The notes beneath the pieces are model-generated. The model saw only the letters and a list, made by a program, of their open reading frames with translations, was not told where the DNA came from and did no database searches. From Heterodontus francisci (Eukaryota), in contig NC_090399.1 of NCBI RefSeq assembly GCF_036365525.1, forward strand, positions 66,768,862 through 66,832,861: a stretch of 64,000 nucleotides of DNA. Reading direction: 5' to 3'. Below are positions 15,001 through 28,134 of this stretch, one piece after another. Within the stretch, counting starts at the first letter, position 1. Each line of letters begins with the position of its first letter. A program made the translations under genes and the position numbers.

Positions 15001-18000
15001 CAGTCTCACTGCAGGAGGGAGGGTCAGTGCTGAGCTGTGTGAGGATCCAGTCCACCACAGGAGGGAGGGTCAGTGCTGAGCTGTGTGAGGATCCAGTCTC
15101 ACTACAGGAGGGAGGGTCAGTGCTGAGCTGTGTGAGGATCCAGTCTCACTACAGGAGGCAGGGAGGGTCAGTGCTGAGCTGTGTGAGGATCCAGTCTCAC
15201 TACAGGGGGGAGGGTCAGTGCTGAGCTGGGTGAGGATCCAGTCTCACTGCAGGAGGGAGGGTCTGTGCTGAGCTGTGTGAGGATCCAGTCTCACTACAGG
15301 AGGGAGGATCAGTGCTGAGCTGTGTGAGGATCCTGTCTCACTACAGGAGGGAGGGTCAGTGTTGAGCTGTGTGAGGATCCAGTCTCACTACAGGAGGGAG
15401 GGAGGGTCAGTGCTGAGCTGTGTGAGGATCCAGTCTCACAACAGGAGGGCGGGTCAATGCTGAGCTGTGTGAGGATCCAGTCTCACTGCAGGAGGGAGGG
15501 AGGGTCAGTGCTGAGCTGTGTGAGGATCCAGTCTCACTACAGGAGGGAGGGAGTGTCAGTGCTGAGCTGTGTGAGGATCCAGTCTCACGACAGGAGGGAG
15601 GGTCAGTGCTGAGCTGTGTGAGGATCCAGTCTCACTACAGGAGGGAGGGTCAGTGCTGAGCTGTGTGAAGATCCATTCTCACTACAGGAGGGAGGGTCAG
15701 TGCTGAGCTGTGTGAGAATCCAGTCTCACTACAGGAGGGAGGGTCAGTGCTGAGCTGTGTGAAGATCCATTCTCACTACAGGAGGGAGGGTCAGTGCTGA
15801 GCTGTGTGAGGATCCAGTCTCACTACAGGAGGGTGGGTCAGTGCTGAGCTGTGTGAGGATCCAGTTTCACTACAGGAGGGAGGATCAGTGCTGAGCTGTG
15901 TGAGGATCCAGTCTGACTCCAGGAGGGAGGGTCAGTGCTGAGCTGTGTGAGGATCCAGTCTCACTACAGGAGGGAGGGTCAGTGCTGAGCTGTGTGAGGA
16001 TCCAGTCTCACTCCAGGAGGGAGGGTCAGTGCTGAGCTGTGTGAGGATCCAGTCTGACTACAGGAGGGAGGGTCATTGCTGAGCTGTGTGAGGATCCAGT
16101 CTCACTACAGGAGGGAGGGTCAGTGCTGAGCTGTGTGAGGATCCAGTCTCACTACAGGAGGGAGGGTCAGTGCTGGGCTGTGTGAGGATCCAGTCTCACT
16201 ACAGGAGGGAGGGAGGGTCAGTGCTGAGCTGTGTGAGGATCCAGTCTCACTACAGGAGGGAGGGAGGGTCAGTGCTGAGCTGTGTGAGGATCCAGTCTCA
16301 CTACAGGAGGGAGGGAGTGTCAGTGCTGAGCTGTGTGAGGATCCAGTCTCACGACAGGAGGGAGGGAGGGTCAGTGCTGAGCTGTGTGAGGATCCAGTCT
16401 CACTACAGGAGGGAGGGTCAGTGCTGAGCTGTGTGAGGATCCAGTCTCACTGCTGGAGGGTGGGTCAGTGCTGAGCTGTGTGAGGATCCAGTCCACCACA
16501 GGAGGGAGGGTCAGTGCTGAGCTGTGTGAGGATCCAGTCTCACTACAGGAGGCAGGGAGGGTCAGTGCTGAGCTGTGTGAGGATCCAGTCTCACTACAGG
16601 GGGGAGGGTCAGTGCTGAGCTGGGTGAGGATCCAGTCTCACTGCAGGAGGGAGGGTCTGTGCTGAGCTGTGTGAGGATCCAGTCTCACTACAGGAGGGAG
16701 GATCAGTGCTGAGCTGTGTGAGGATCCTGTCTCACTACAGGAGGGAGGGTCAGTGTTGAGCTGTGTGAGGATCCAGTCTCACTACAGGAGGGAGGGAGGG
16801 TCAGTGCTGAGCTGTGTGAGGATCCAGTCTCACAACAGGAGGGCGGGTCAATGCTGAGCTGTGTGAGGATCCAGTCTCACTGCAGGAGGGAGGGAGGGTC
16901 AGTGCTGAGCTGTGTGAGGATCCAGTCTCACTACAGGAGGGAGGGAGTGTCAGTGCTGAGCTGTGTGAGGATCCAGTCTCACGACAGGAGGGAGGGAGAG
17001 TCAGTGCTGAGCTGTGTGAGGATCCAGTCTCACTACAGGAGGGAGGGTCAGTGCTGAGCTGTGTGAGGATCCAGTCTCACTACAGGAGGGAGGGTCAGTG
17101 CTGAGCAGTGTGAAGATCCATTCTCACTACAGGAGGGAGGGTCAGTGCTGAGCTGTGTGAGGATCCAGTCTCACTACAGGAGGGTGGGTCAGTGCTGAGC
17201 TGTGTGAGGATCCAGTTTCACTACAGGAGGGAGGATCAGTGCTGAGCTGTGTGAGGATCCAGTCTGACTCCAGGAGGGAGGGTCAGTGCTGAGCTGTGTG
17301 AGGATCCAGTCTCACTACAGGAGGGAGGGTCAGTGCTGAGCTGTGTGAGGATCCAGTCTCACTCCAGGAGGGAGGGTCAGTGCTGAGCTGTGTGAGGATC
17401 CAGTCTGACTACAGGAGGGAGGGTCATTGCTGAGCTGTGTGAGGATCCAGTCTCACTACAGGAGGGAGGGTCAGTGCTGAGCTGTGTGAGGATCCAGTCT
17501 CACTACAGGAGGGAGGGTCAGTGCTGAGCTGTGTGAGGATCCAGTCTCACTACAGGAGGCAGGGAGGGACAGTGCTGAGCTGTGTGAGGATCCAGTCTGA
17601 CTACAGGAGGGAGGGTCAGTGCTGAGCTGGGTGAGGATCCAGTCTCACTACAGGAGGGAGGGTCAGTGCTGAGCTGTGTGAGGATCCAGTCTCACTACAG
17701 GAGGGAGGGTCAGTGCTGGGCTGTGTGAGGATCCAGTCTCACTACAGGAGGGAGGGAGGGTCAGTGCTGAGCTGTGTGAGGATCCAGTCTCACTACAGGA
17801 GGGCGGGTCAATGCTGAGCTGCGTGAGGATCCAGTCTCTCTACAGGAGGGAGGGAGGGTCAGTGCTGAGCTGTGTGAGGATCCAGTCTCACTACAGGAGG
17901 GAGGGAGTGTCAGTGCTGAGCTGTGTGAGGATCCAGTCTCACGACAGGAGGGAGGGAGGGTCAGTGCTGAGCTGTGTGAGGATCCAGTCTCACTACAGGA

Positions 18001-21000
18001 GGGAGGATCAGTGCTGAGCTGTGTGAGGATCCAGTCTCACTACAGGAGGGAGGGTCAGTGCTGAGCTGTGTGAGGATCCAGTCTCACTACAGGAGGGAGG
18101 GTCAGTGCTGAGCTGTGTGAGGATCCAGTCTCACTACAGGAGGGAGGGACAGTGCAGGGCTGTGTGAGGATCCAGTCTCACTACAGGAGGGAGGGAGGGT
18201 CAGTGCTGAGCTGTGTGAGGATCCAGTCTCACAACAGGAGGGCGGGTCAATGCTGAGCTGTGTGAGGATCCAGTCTCACTGCAGGAGGGAGGGTCAGTGC
18301 TGAGCTGTGTGAGGATCCAGTCTCACTACAGGAGGGAGGGAGTGTCAGTGCTGAGCTGTGTGAGGATCCAGTCTCACGACAGGAGGGAGGGAGAGTCAGT
18401 GCTGAGCTGTGTGAGGATCCAGTCTCACTACAGGAGGGAGGGTCAGTGCTGAGCTGTGTGAGGATCCAGTCTCACTACAGGAGGGAGGGAGGGTCAGTGC
18501 TGAGCTGTGTGAGGATCCAGTCTCACTACAGGAGGGAGGGAGGGTCAGTGCTGAGCTGTGTGAGGATCCAGTCTCACTACAGGAGGGAGGGAGTGTCAGT
18601 GCTGAGCTGTGTGAGGATCCAGTCTCACGAAAGGAGGGAGTGAGGGTCAGTGCTGAGCTGTGTGAGGATCCAGTCTCACTACAGGAGGGAGGGTCAGTGC
18701 TGAGCTGTGTGAGGATCCAGTCTCACTGCAGGAGGGAGGGTCAGTGCTGAGCTGTGTGAGGATCCAGTCTCACGACAGGAGGGAGGGTCAGTGCTGAGCT
18801 GTGTGAGGATCCAGTCTCACTACAGGAGGGAGGGTCAGTGCTGAGCTGTGTGAGGATCCAGTCTCACTACAGGAGGCAGGGAGGGTCAGTGCTGAGCTGT
18901 GTGAGGATCCAGTCTGACTACAGGAGGGAGGGTCAGTGCTGAGCTGGGTGAGGATCCAGTCTCACTACAGGAGGGAGGGTCAGTGCTGAGCTGTGTGAGG
19001 ATCCAGTCTCACTACAGGAGGGAGGGTCAGTGCTGGGCTGTGTGAGGATCCAGTCTCACTACAGGAGGGAGGGAGGGTCAGTGCTGAGCTGTGTGAGGAT
19101 CCAGTCTCACTACAGGAGGGCGGGTCAATGCTGAGCTGCGTGAGGATCCAGTCTCTCTACAGGAGGGAGGGAGGGTCAGTGCTGAGCTGTGTGAGGATCC
19201 AGTCTCACTACAGGAGGGAGGGAGTGTCAGTGCTGAGCTGTGTGAGGATCCAGTCTCACGACAGGAGGGAGGGAGGGTCAGTGCTGAGCTGTGTGAGGAT
19301 CCAGTCTCACTACAGGAGGGAGGGAGGGTCAGTGCTGAGCTGTGTGAGGATCCAGTCTCACAACAGGAGGGCGGGTCAATGCTGAGCTGTGTGAGGATCC
19401 AGTCTCACTGCAGGAGGGAGGGAGGGTCAGTGCTGAGCTGTGTGAGGATCCAGTCTCACTACAGGAGGGAGGGAGTGTCAGTGCTGAGCTGTGTGAGGAT
19501 CCAGTCTCACGACAGGAGGGAGGGAGAGTCAGTGCTGAGCTGTGTGAGGATCCAGTCTCACTACAGGAGGGAGGGTCAGTGCTGAGCTGTGTGAGGATCC
19601 AGTCTCACTACAGGAGGGAGGGTCAGTGCTGAGCAGTGTGAAGATCCATTCTCACTACAGGAGGGAGGGTCAGTGCTGAGCTGTGTGAGGATCCAGTCTC
19701 ACTACAGGAGGGTGGGTCAGTGCTGAGCTGTGTGAGGATCCAGTTTCACTACAGGAGGGAGGATCAGTGCTGAGCTGTGTGAGGATCCAGTCTGACTCCA
19801 GGAGGGAGGGTCAGTGCTGAGCTGTGTGAGGATCCAGTCTCACTACAGGAGGGAGGGTCAGTGCTGAGCTGTGTGAGGATCCAGTCTCACTCCAGGAGGG
19901 AGGGTCAGTGCTGAGCTGTGTGAGGATCCAGTCTGACTACAGGAGGGAGGGTCATTGCTGAGCTGTGTGAGGATCCAGTCTCACTACAGGAGGGAGGGTC
20001 AGTGCTGAGCTGTGTGAGGATCCAGTCTCACTACAGGAGGGAGGGTCAGTGCTGAGCTGTGTGAGGATCCAGTCTCACTACAGGAGGCAGGGAGGGACAG
20101 TGCTGAGCTGTGTGAGGATCCAGTCTGACTACAGGAGGGAGGGTCAGTGCTGAGCTGGGTGAGGATCCAGTCTCACTACAGGAGGGAGGGTCAGTGCTGA
20201 GCTGTGTGAGGATCCAGTCTCACTACAGGAGGGAGGGTCAGTGCTGGGCTGTGTGAGGATCCAGTCTCACTACAGGAGGGAGGGAGGGTCAGTGCTGAGC
20301 TGTGTGAGGATCCAGTCTCACTACAGGAGGGCGGGTCAATGCTGAGCTGCGTGAGGATCCAGTCTCTCTACAGGAGGGAGGGAGGGTCAGTGCTGAGCTG
20401 TGTGAGGATCCAGTCTCACTACAGGAGGGAGGGAGTGTCAGTGCTGAGCTGTGTGAGGATCCAGTCTCACGACAGGAGGGAGGGAGGGTCAGTGCTGAGC
20501 TGTGTGAGGATCCAGTCTCACTACAGGAGGGAGGATCAGTGCTGAGCTGTGTGAGGATCCAGTCTCACTACAGGAGGGAGGGTCAGTGCTGAGCTGTGTG
20601 AGGATCCAGTCTCACTACAGGAGGGAGGGTCAGTGCTGAGCTGTGTGAGGATCCAGTCTCACTACAGGAGGGAGGGACAGTGCAGGGCTGTGTGAGGATC
20701 CAGTCTCACTACAGGAGGGAGGGAGGGTCAGTGCTGAGCTGTGTGAGGATCCAGTCTCACAACAGGAGGGCGGGTCAATGCTGAGCTGTGTGAGGATCCA
20801 GTCTCACTGCAGGAGGGAGGGTCAGTGCTGAGCTGTGTGAGGATCCAGTCTCACTACAGGAGGGAGGGAGTGTCAGTGCTGAGCTGTGTGAGGATCCAGT
20901 CTCACGACAGGAGGGAGGGAGAGTCAGTGCTGAGCTGTGTGAGGATCCAGTCTCACTACAGGAGGGAGGGTCAGTGCTGAGCTGTGTGAGGATCCAGTCT

Positions 21001-24000
21001 CACTACAGGAGGGAGGGAGGGTCAGTGCTGAGCTGTGTGAGGATCCAGTCTCACTACAGGAGGGAGGGAGGGTCAGTGCTGAGCTGTGTGAGGATCCAGT
21101 CTCACTACAGGAGGGAGGGAGTGTCAGTGCTGAGCTGTGTGAGGATCCAGTCTCACGAAAGGAGGGAGTGAGGGTCAGTGCTGAGCTGTGTGAGGATCCA
21201 GTCTCACTACAGGAGGGAGGGTCAGTGCTGAGCTGTGTGAGGATCCAGTCTCACTGCAGGAGGGAGGGTCAGTGCTGAGCTGTGTGAGGATCCAGTCTCA
21301 CGACAGGAGGGAGGGTCAGTGCTGAGCTGTGTGAGGATCCAGTCTCACTACAGGAGGGAGGGTCAGTGCTGAGCTGTGTGAGGATCCAGTCTCACTACAG
21401 GAGGCAGGGAGGGTCAGTGCTGAGCTGTGTGAGGATCCAGTCTGACTACAGGAGGGAGGGTCAGTGCTGAGCTGGGTGAGGATCCAGTCTCACTACAGGA
21501 GGGAGGGTCAGTGCTGAGCTGTGTGAGGATCCAGTCTCACTACAGGAGGGAGGGTCAGTGCTGGGCTGTGTGAGGATCCAGTCTCACTACAGGAGGGAGG
21601 GAGGGTCAGTGCTGAGCTGTGTGAGGATCCAGTCTCACTACAGGAGGGCGGGTCAATGCTGAGCTGCGTGAGGATCCAGTCTCTCTACAGGAGGGAGGGA
21701 GGGTCAGTGCTGAGCTGTGTGAGGATCCAGTCTCACTACAGGAGGGAGGGAGTGTCAGTGCTGAGCTGTGTGAGGATCCAGTCTCACGACAGGAGGGAGG
21801 GAGGGTCAGTGCTGAGCTGTGTGAGGATCCAGTCTCACTACAGGAGGGAGGGAGGGTCAGTGCTGAGCTGTGTGAGGATCCAGTCTCACTACAGGAGGGA
21901 GGGAGTGTCAGTGCTGAGCTGTGTGAGGATCCAGTCTCACGAAAGGAGGGAGTGAGGGTCAGTGCTGAGCTGTGTGAGGATCCAGTCTCACTACAGGAGG
22001 GAGGGTCAGTGCTGAGCTGTGTGAGGATCCAGTCTCACTGCAGGAGGGAGGGTCAGTGCTGAGCTGTGTGAGGATCCAGTCTCACGACAGGAGGGAGGGT
22101 CAGTGCTGAGCTGTGTGAGGATCCAGTCTCACTACAGGAGGGAGGGTCAGTGCTGAGCTGTGTGAGGATCCAGTCTCACTACAGGAGGCAGGGAGGGTCA
22201 GTGCTGAGCTGTGTGAGGATCCAGTCTGACTACAGGAGGGAGGGTCAGTGCTGAGCTGGGTGAGGATCCAGTCTCACTACAGGAGGGAGGGTCAGTGCTG
22301 AGCTGTGTGAGGATCCAGTCTCACTACAGGAGGGAGGGTCAGTGCTGGGCTGTGTGAGGATCCAGTCTCACTACAGGAGGGAGGGAGGGTCAGTGCTGAG
22401 CTGTGTGAGGATCCAGTCTCACTACAGGAGGGCGGGTCAATGCTGAGCTGCGTGAGGATCCAGTCTCTCTACAGGAGGGAGGGAGGGTCAGTGCTGAGCT
22501 GTGTGAGGATCCAGTCTCACTACAGGAGGGAGGGAGTGTCAGTGCTGAGCTGTGTGAGGATCCAGTCTCACGACAGGAGGGAGGGAGGGTCAGTGCTGAG
22601 CTGTGTGAGGATCCAGTCTCACTACAGGAGGGAGGGTCAGTGCTGAGCTGTGTGAGGATCCAGTCTCACTGCAGGAGGGAGGGTCAGTGCTGAGCTGTGT
22701 GAGGATCCAGTCTCACGACAGGAGGGAGGGTCAGTGCTGAGCTGTGTGAGGATCCAGTCTCACTACAGGAGGGAGGGTCAGTGCTGAGCTGTGTGAGGAT
22801 CCAGTCTCACTACAGGAGGCAGGGAGGGTCAGTGCTGAGCTGTGTGAGGATCCAGTCTCACTACAGGGGGGAGGGTCAGTGCTGAGCTGGGTGAGGATCC
22901 AGTCTCACTGCAGGAGGGAGGGTCAGTGCTGAGCTGTGTGAGGATCCAGTCTCACTACAGGAGGGAGGATCAGTGCTGAGCTGTGTGAGGATCCTGTCTC
23001 ACTACAGGAGGGAGGGTCAGTGTTGAGCTGTGTGAGGATCCAGTCTCACTACAGGAGGGAGGATCAGTGCTGAGCTGTGTGAGGATCCAGTCTCACTACA
23101 GGAGGGAGGGTCAGTGTTGAGCTGTGTGAGGATCCAGTCTCACTACAGGAGGGAGGGTCAGTGCTGAGCTGTGTGAGGATCCAGTCTCACTACAGGAGGG
23201 AGGGTCAGTGCTGAGCTGTGTGAGGATCCAGTCTCACTACAGGAGGGAGGGACAGTGTAGGGCTGTGTGAGGATCCAGTCTCACTACAGGAGGGAGGGAG
23301 GGTCAGTGCTGAGCTGTGTGAGGATCCAGTCTCACAACAGGAGGGCGGGTCAATGCTGAGCTGTGTGAGGATCCAGTCTCACTGCAGGAGGGAGGGAGGG
23401 TCAGTGCTGAGCTGTGTGAGGATCCAGTCTCACTACAGGAGGGAGGGAGTGTCAGTGCTGAGCTGTGTGAGGATCCAGTCTCACGACAGGAGGGAGGGAG
23501 AGTCAGTGCTGAGCTGTGTGAGGATCCAGTCTCACTACAGGAGGGAGGGTCAGTGCTGAGCTGTGTGAGGATCCAGTCTCACTACAGGAGGGAGGGTCAG
23601 TGCTGAGCTGTGTGAAGATCCATTCTCACTACAGGAGGGAGGGTCAGTGCTGAGCTGCGTGAGGATCCAGTCTCACTACAGGAGGGTGGGTCAGTGCTGA
23701 GCTGTGTGAGGATCCAGTTTCACTACAGGAGGGAGGATCAGTGCTGAGCTGTGTGAGGATCCAGTCTGACTCCAGGAGGGAGGGTCAGTGCTGAGCTGTG
23801 TGAGGATCCAGTCTCACTACAGGAGGGAGGGTCAGTGCTGAGCTGTGTGAGGATCCAGTCTCACTCCAGGAGGGAGGGTCAGTGCTGAGCTGTGTGAGGA
23901 TCCAGTCTGACTACAGGAGGGAGGGTCATTGCTGAGCTGTGTGAGGATCCAGTCTCACTCCAGGAGGGAGGGTCAGTGCTGAGCTGTGTGAGGATCCAGT

Positions 24001-27000
24001 CTCACTACAGGAGGGAGGGTCAGTGCTGGGCTGTGTGAGGATCCAGTCTCACTACAGGAGGGAGGGAGGGTCAGTGCTGAGCTGTGTGAGGATCCAGTCT
24101 CACTACAGGAGGGAGGGAGGGTCAGTGCTGAGCTGTGTGAGGATCCAGTCTCACTACAGGAGGGAGGGTCAGTGCTGAGCTGTGTGAGGATCCAGTCTCA
24201 CTGCAGGAGGGAGGGTCAGTGCTGAGCTGTGTGAGGATCCAGTCTCACGACAGGAGGGAGGGTCAGTGCTGAGCTGTGTGAGGATCCAGTCTCACTACAG
24301 GAGGGAGGGTCAGTGCTGAGCTGTGTGAGGATCCAGTCTCACTACAGGAGGCAGGGAGGGTCAGTGCTGAGCTGTGTGAGGATCCAGTCTCACTACAGGG
24401 GGGAGGGTCAGTGCTGAGCTGGGTGAGGATCCAGTCTCACTGCAGGAGGGAGGGTCAGTGCTGAGCTGTGTGAGGATCCAGTCTCACTACAGGAGGGAGG
24501 ATCAGTGCTGAGCTGTGTGAGGATCCTGTCTCACTACAGGAGGGAGGGTCAGTGTTGAGCTGTGTGAGGATCCAGTCTCACTACAGGAGGGAGGATCAGT
24601 GCTGAGCTGTGTGAGGATCCAGTCTCACTACAGGAGGGAGCGTCAGTGTTGAGCTGTGTGAGGATCCAGTCTCACTACAGGAGGGAGGGTCAGTGCTGAG
24701 CTGTGTGAGGATCCAGTCTCACTACAGGAGGGAGGGTCAGTGCTGAGCTGTGTGAGGATCCAGTCTCACTACAGGAGGGAGGGACAGTGTAGGGCTGTGT
24801 GAGGATCCAGTCTCACTACAGGAGGGAGGGAGGGTCAGTGCTGAGCTGTGTGAGGATCCAGTCTCACAACAGGAGGGCGGGTCAATGCTGAGCTGTGTGA
24901 GGATCCAGTCTCACTGCAGGAGGGAGGGAGGGTCAGTGCTGAGCTGTGTGAGGATCCAGTCTCACTACAGGAGGGAGGGAGTGTCAGTGCTGAGCTGTGT
25001 GAGGATCCAGTCTCACGACAGGAGGGAGGGAGAGTCAGTGCTGAGCTGTGTGAGGATCCAGTCTCACTACAGGAGGGAGGGTCAGTGCTGAGCTGTGTGA
25101 GGATCCAGTCTCACTACAGGAGGGAGGGTCAGTGCTGAGCTGTGTGAAGATCCATTCTCACTACAGGAGGGAGGGTCAGTGCTGAGCTGCGTGAGGATCC
25201 AGTCTCACTACAGGAGGGTGGGTCAGTGCTGAGCTGTGTGAGGATCCAGTTTCACTACAGGAGGGAGGATCAGTGCTGCGCTGTGTGAGGATCCAGTCTG
25301 ACTCCAGGAGGGAGGGTCAGTGCTGAGCTGTGTGAGGATCCAGTCTCACTACAGGAGGGAGGGTCAGTGCTGAGCTGTGTGAGGATCCAGTCTCACTCCA
25401 GGAGGGAGGGTCAGTGCTGAGCTGTGTGAGGATCCAGTCTGACTACAGGAGGGAGGGTCATTGCTGAGCTGTGTGAGGATCCAGTCTCACTCCAGGAGGG
25501 AGGGTCAGTGCTGAGCTGTGTGAGGATCCAGTCTCACTACAGGAGGGAGGGTCAGTGCTGGGCTGTGTGAGGATCCAGTCTCACTACAGGAGGGAGGGAG
25601 GGTCAGTGCTGAGCTGTGTGAGGATCCAGTCTCACTACAGGAGGGAGGGAGGGTCAGTGCTGAGCTGTGTGAGGATCCAGTCTCACTACAGGAGGGAGGG
25701 TCAGTGCTGAGCTGTGTGAGGATCCAGTCTCACTGCAGGAGGGAGGGTCAGTGCTGAGCTGTGTGAGGATCCAGTCTCACGACAGGAGGGAGGGTCAGTG
25801 CTGAGCTGTGTGAGGATCCAGTCTCACTACAGGAGGGAGGGTCAGTGCTGAGCTGTGTGAGGATCCAGTCTCACTACAGGAGGCAGGGAGGGTCAGTGCT
25901 GAGCTGTGTGAGGATCCAGTCTCACTACAGGGGGGAGGGTCAGTGCTGAGCTGGGTGAGGATCCAGTCTCACTGCAGGAGGGAGGGTCAGTGCTGAGCTG
26001 TGTGAGGATCCAGTCTCACTACAGGAGGGAGGATCAGTGCTGAGCTGTGTGAGGATCCTGTCTCACTACAGGAGGGAGGGTCAGTGTTGAGCTGTGTGAG
26101 GATCCAGTCTCACTACAGGAGGGAGGATCAGTGCTGAGCTGTGTGAGGATCCAGTCTCACTACAGGAGGGAGGGTCAGTGTTGAGCTGTGTGAGGATCCA
26201 GTATCACTACAGGAGGGAGGGTCAGTGCTGAGCTGTGTGAGGATCCAGTCTCACTACAGGAGGGAGGGTCAGTGCTGAGCTGTGTGAGGATCCAGTCTCA
26301 CTACAGGAGGGAGGGACAGTGTAGGGCTGTGTGAGGATCCAGTCTCACTACAGGAGGGAGGGAGAGTCAGTGCTGAGCTGTGTGAGGATCCAGTCTCACA
26401 ACAGGAGGGCGGGTCAATGCTGAGCTGTGTGAGGATCCAGTCTCACTGCAGGAGGGAGGGAGGGTCAGTGCTGAGCTGTGTGAGGATCCAGTCTCACTAC
26501 AGGAGGGAGGGAGTGTCAGTGCTGAGCTGTGTGAGGATCCAGTCTCACGACAGGAGGGAGGGAGAGTCAGTGCTGAGCTGTGTGAGGATCCAGTCTCACT
26601 ACAGGAGGGAGGGTCAGTGCTGGGCTGTGTGAGGATCCAGTCTCACTACAGGAGGGAGGGAGGGTCAGTGCTGAGCTGTGTGAGGATCCAGTCTCACTAC
26701 AGGAGGGAGGGAGTGTCAGTGCTGAGCTGTGTGAGGATCCAGTCTCACGACAGGAGGGAGTGAGGGTCAGTGCTGAGCTGTGTGAGGATCCAGTCTCACT
26801 ACAGGAGGGAGGGTCAGTGCTGAGCTGTGTGAGGATCCAGTCTCACTGCAGGAGGGAGGGTCAGTGCTGAGCTGTGTGAGGATCCAGTCTCACGACAGGA
26901 GGGAGTGTCAGTGCTGAGCTGTGTGAGGATCCAGTCTCACGACAGGAGGGAGTGAGGGTCAGTGCTGAGCTGTGTGAGGATCCAGTCTCACTACAGGAGG

Positions 27001-28020
27001 GAGGGTCAGTGCTGAGCTGTGTGAGGATCCAGTCTCACTGCAGGAGGGAGGGTCAGTGCTGAGCTGTGTGAGGATCCAGTCTCACGACAGGAGGGAGGGT
27101 CAGTGCTGAGCTGTGTGAGGATCCAGTCTCACTACAGGAGGGAGGGTCAGTGCTGAGCTGTGTGAGGATCCAGTCTCACTACAGGAAGCAGGGAGGGTCA
27201 GTGCTGAGCTGTGTGAGGATCCAGTCTCACTACAGGAGGGAGGGTCAGTGCTGAGCTGGGTGAGGATCCAGTCTCACTGCAGGAGGGAGGGTCAGTGCTG
27301 AGCTGTGTGAGGATCCAGTCTCACTACAGGAGGGAGGATCAGTGCTGAGCTGTGTGAGGATCCAGTCTCACTACAGGAGGGAGGGTCAGTGTTGAGCTGT
27401 GTGAGGATCCAGTCTCACTACAGGAGGGAGGATCAGTGCTGAGCTGTGTGAGGATCCAGTCTCACTACAGGAGGGAGGGTCAGTGTTGAGCTGTGTGAGG
27501 ATCCAGTCTCACTACAGGAGGGAGGGTCAGTGCTGAGCTGTGTGAGGATCCAGTCTCACTACAGGAGGGAGGGTCAGTGCTGAGCTGTGTGAGGATCCAG
27601 TCTCCACTGCAGGAGGGAGGGTCAGTGCTGAGCTGTGTGAGGATCCAGTCTCACTACAGGAGGGAGGGTCAATGCTGAGCTGTGTGAGGATCCAGTCTCA
27701 CTACAGGAGGGAGGGTCAGTGCTGAGCTGTTTGAGGATCCAGTCTCCACTGAAGGAGGGAGGGTCAATGCTGAGCTGTGTGAGGATCCAGTCTCTCTACA
27801 GGAGGGAGGGAGGGTCAGTGCTGAGCTGTGTGAGGATCCAGTCTCACGACAGGAGGGAGGGAGTGTCAGTGCTGAGCTGTGTGAGGATCCAGTCTCACGA
27901 CAGGAGGGAGGGAGGGTCAGTGCTGAGCTGTGTGAGGATCCAGTCTCACTACAGGAGGGAGGGTCAGTGCTGAGCTGTGTGAGGATCCAGTCTCACTCCA
28001 GGAGGGAGGGGGGGTCAGTG
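1..28020. repeat. Satellite/minisatellite array with a 47-bp monomer (51-bp variant with extra GGGA), roughly 580 copies, running off the 5' end of the window
   Basis: Consensus GGGTCAGTGCTGAGCTGTGTGAGGATCCAGTCTCACTACAGGAGGGA repeats head-to-tail without interruption, with a GGATCC (BamHI) site in most monomers. Copy number is length divided by about 48. Confidence 0.99.
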
Positions 28021-28134
28021 TGTCCCGGGATATTACAGCGCGGTGGGGCTCTGTGTGTCCTCTCTCTCTCTCTCTCTGCCTGTGTCTGTTCCCTGATGTC
28101 TAATTCACGCTCTCTCTCTGGTTCTATTTGTCAG

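Noticed and set aside
1-28020. CRISPR-like array
   Set aside because: Monomers are contiguous with no unique spacers, there are no cas genes, and the context is vertebrate.
1-28020. V(D)J recombination signal sequences (CACAGCT on the minus strand of each monomer)
   Set aside because: Only a partial heptamer match, with no ACAAAAACC-like nonamer at 12/23 spacing and no gene segments.
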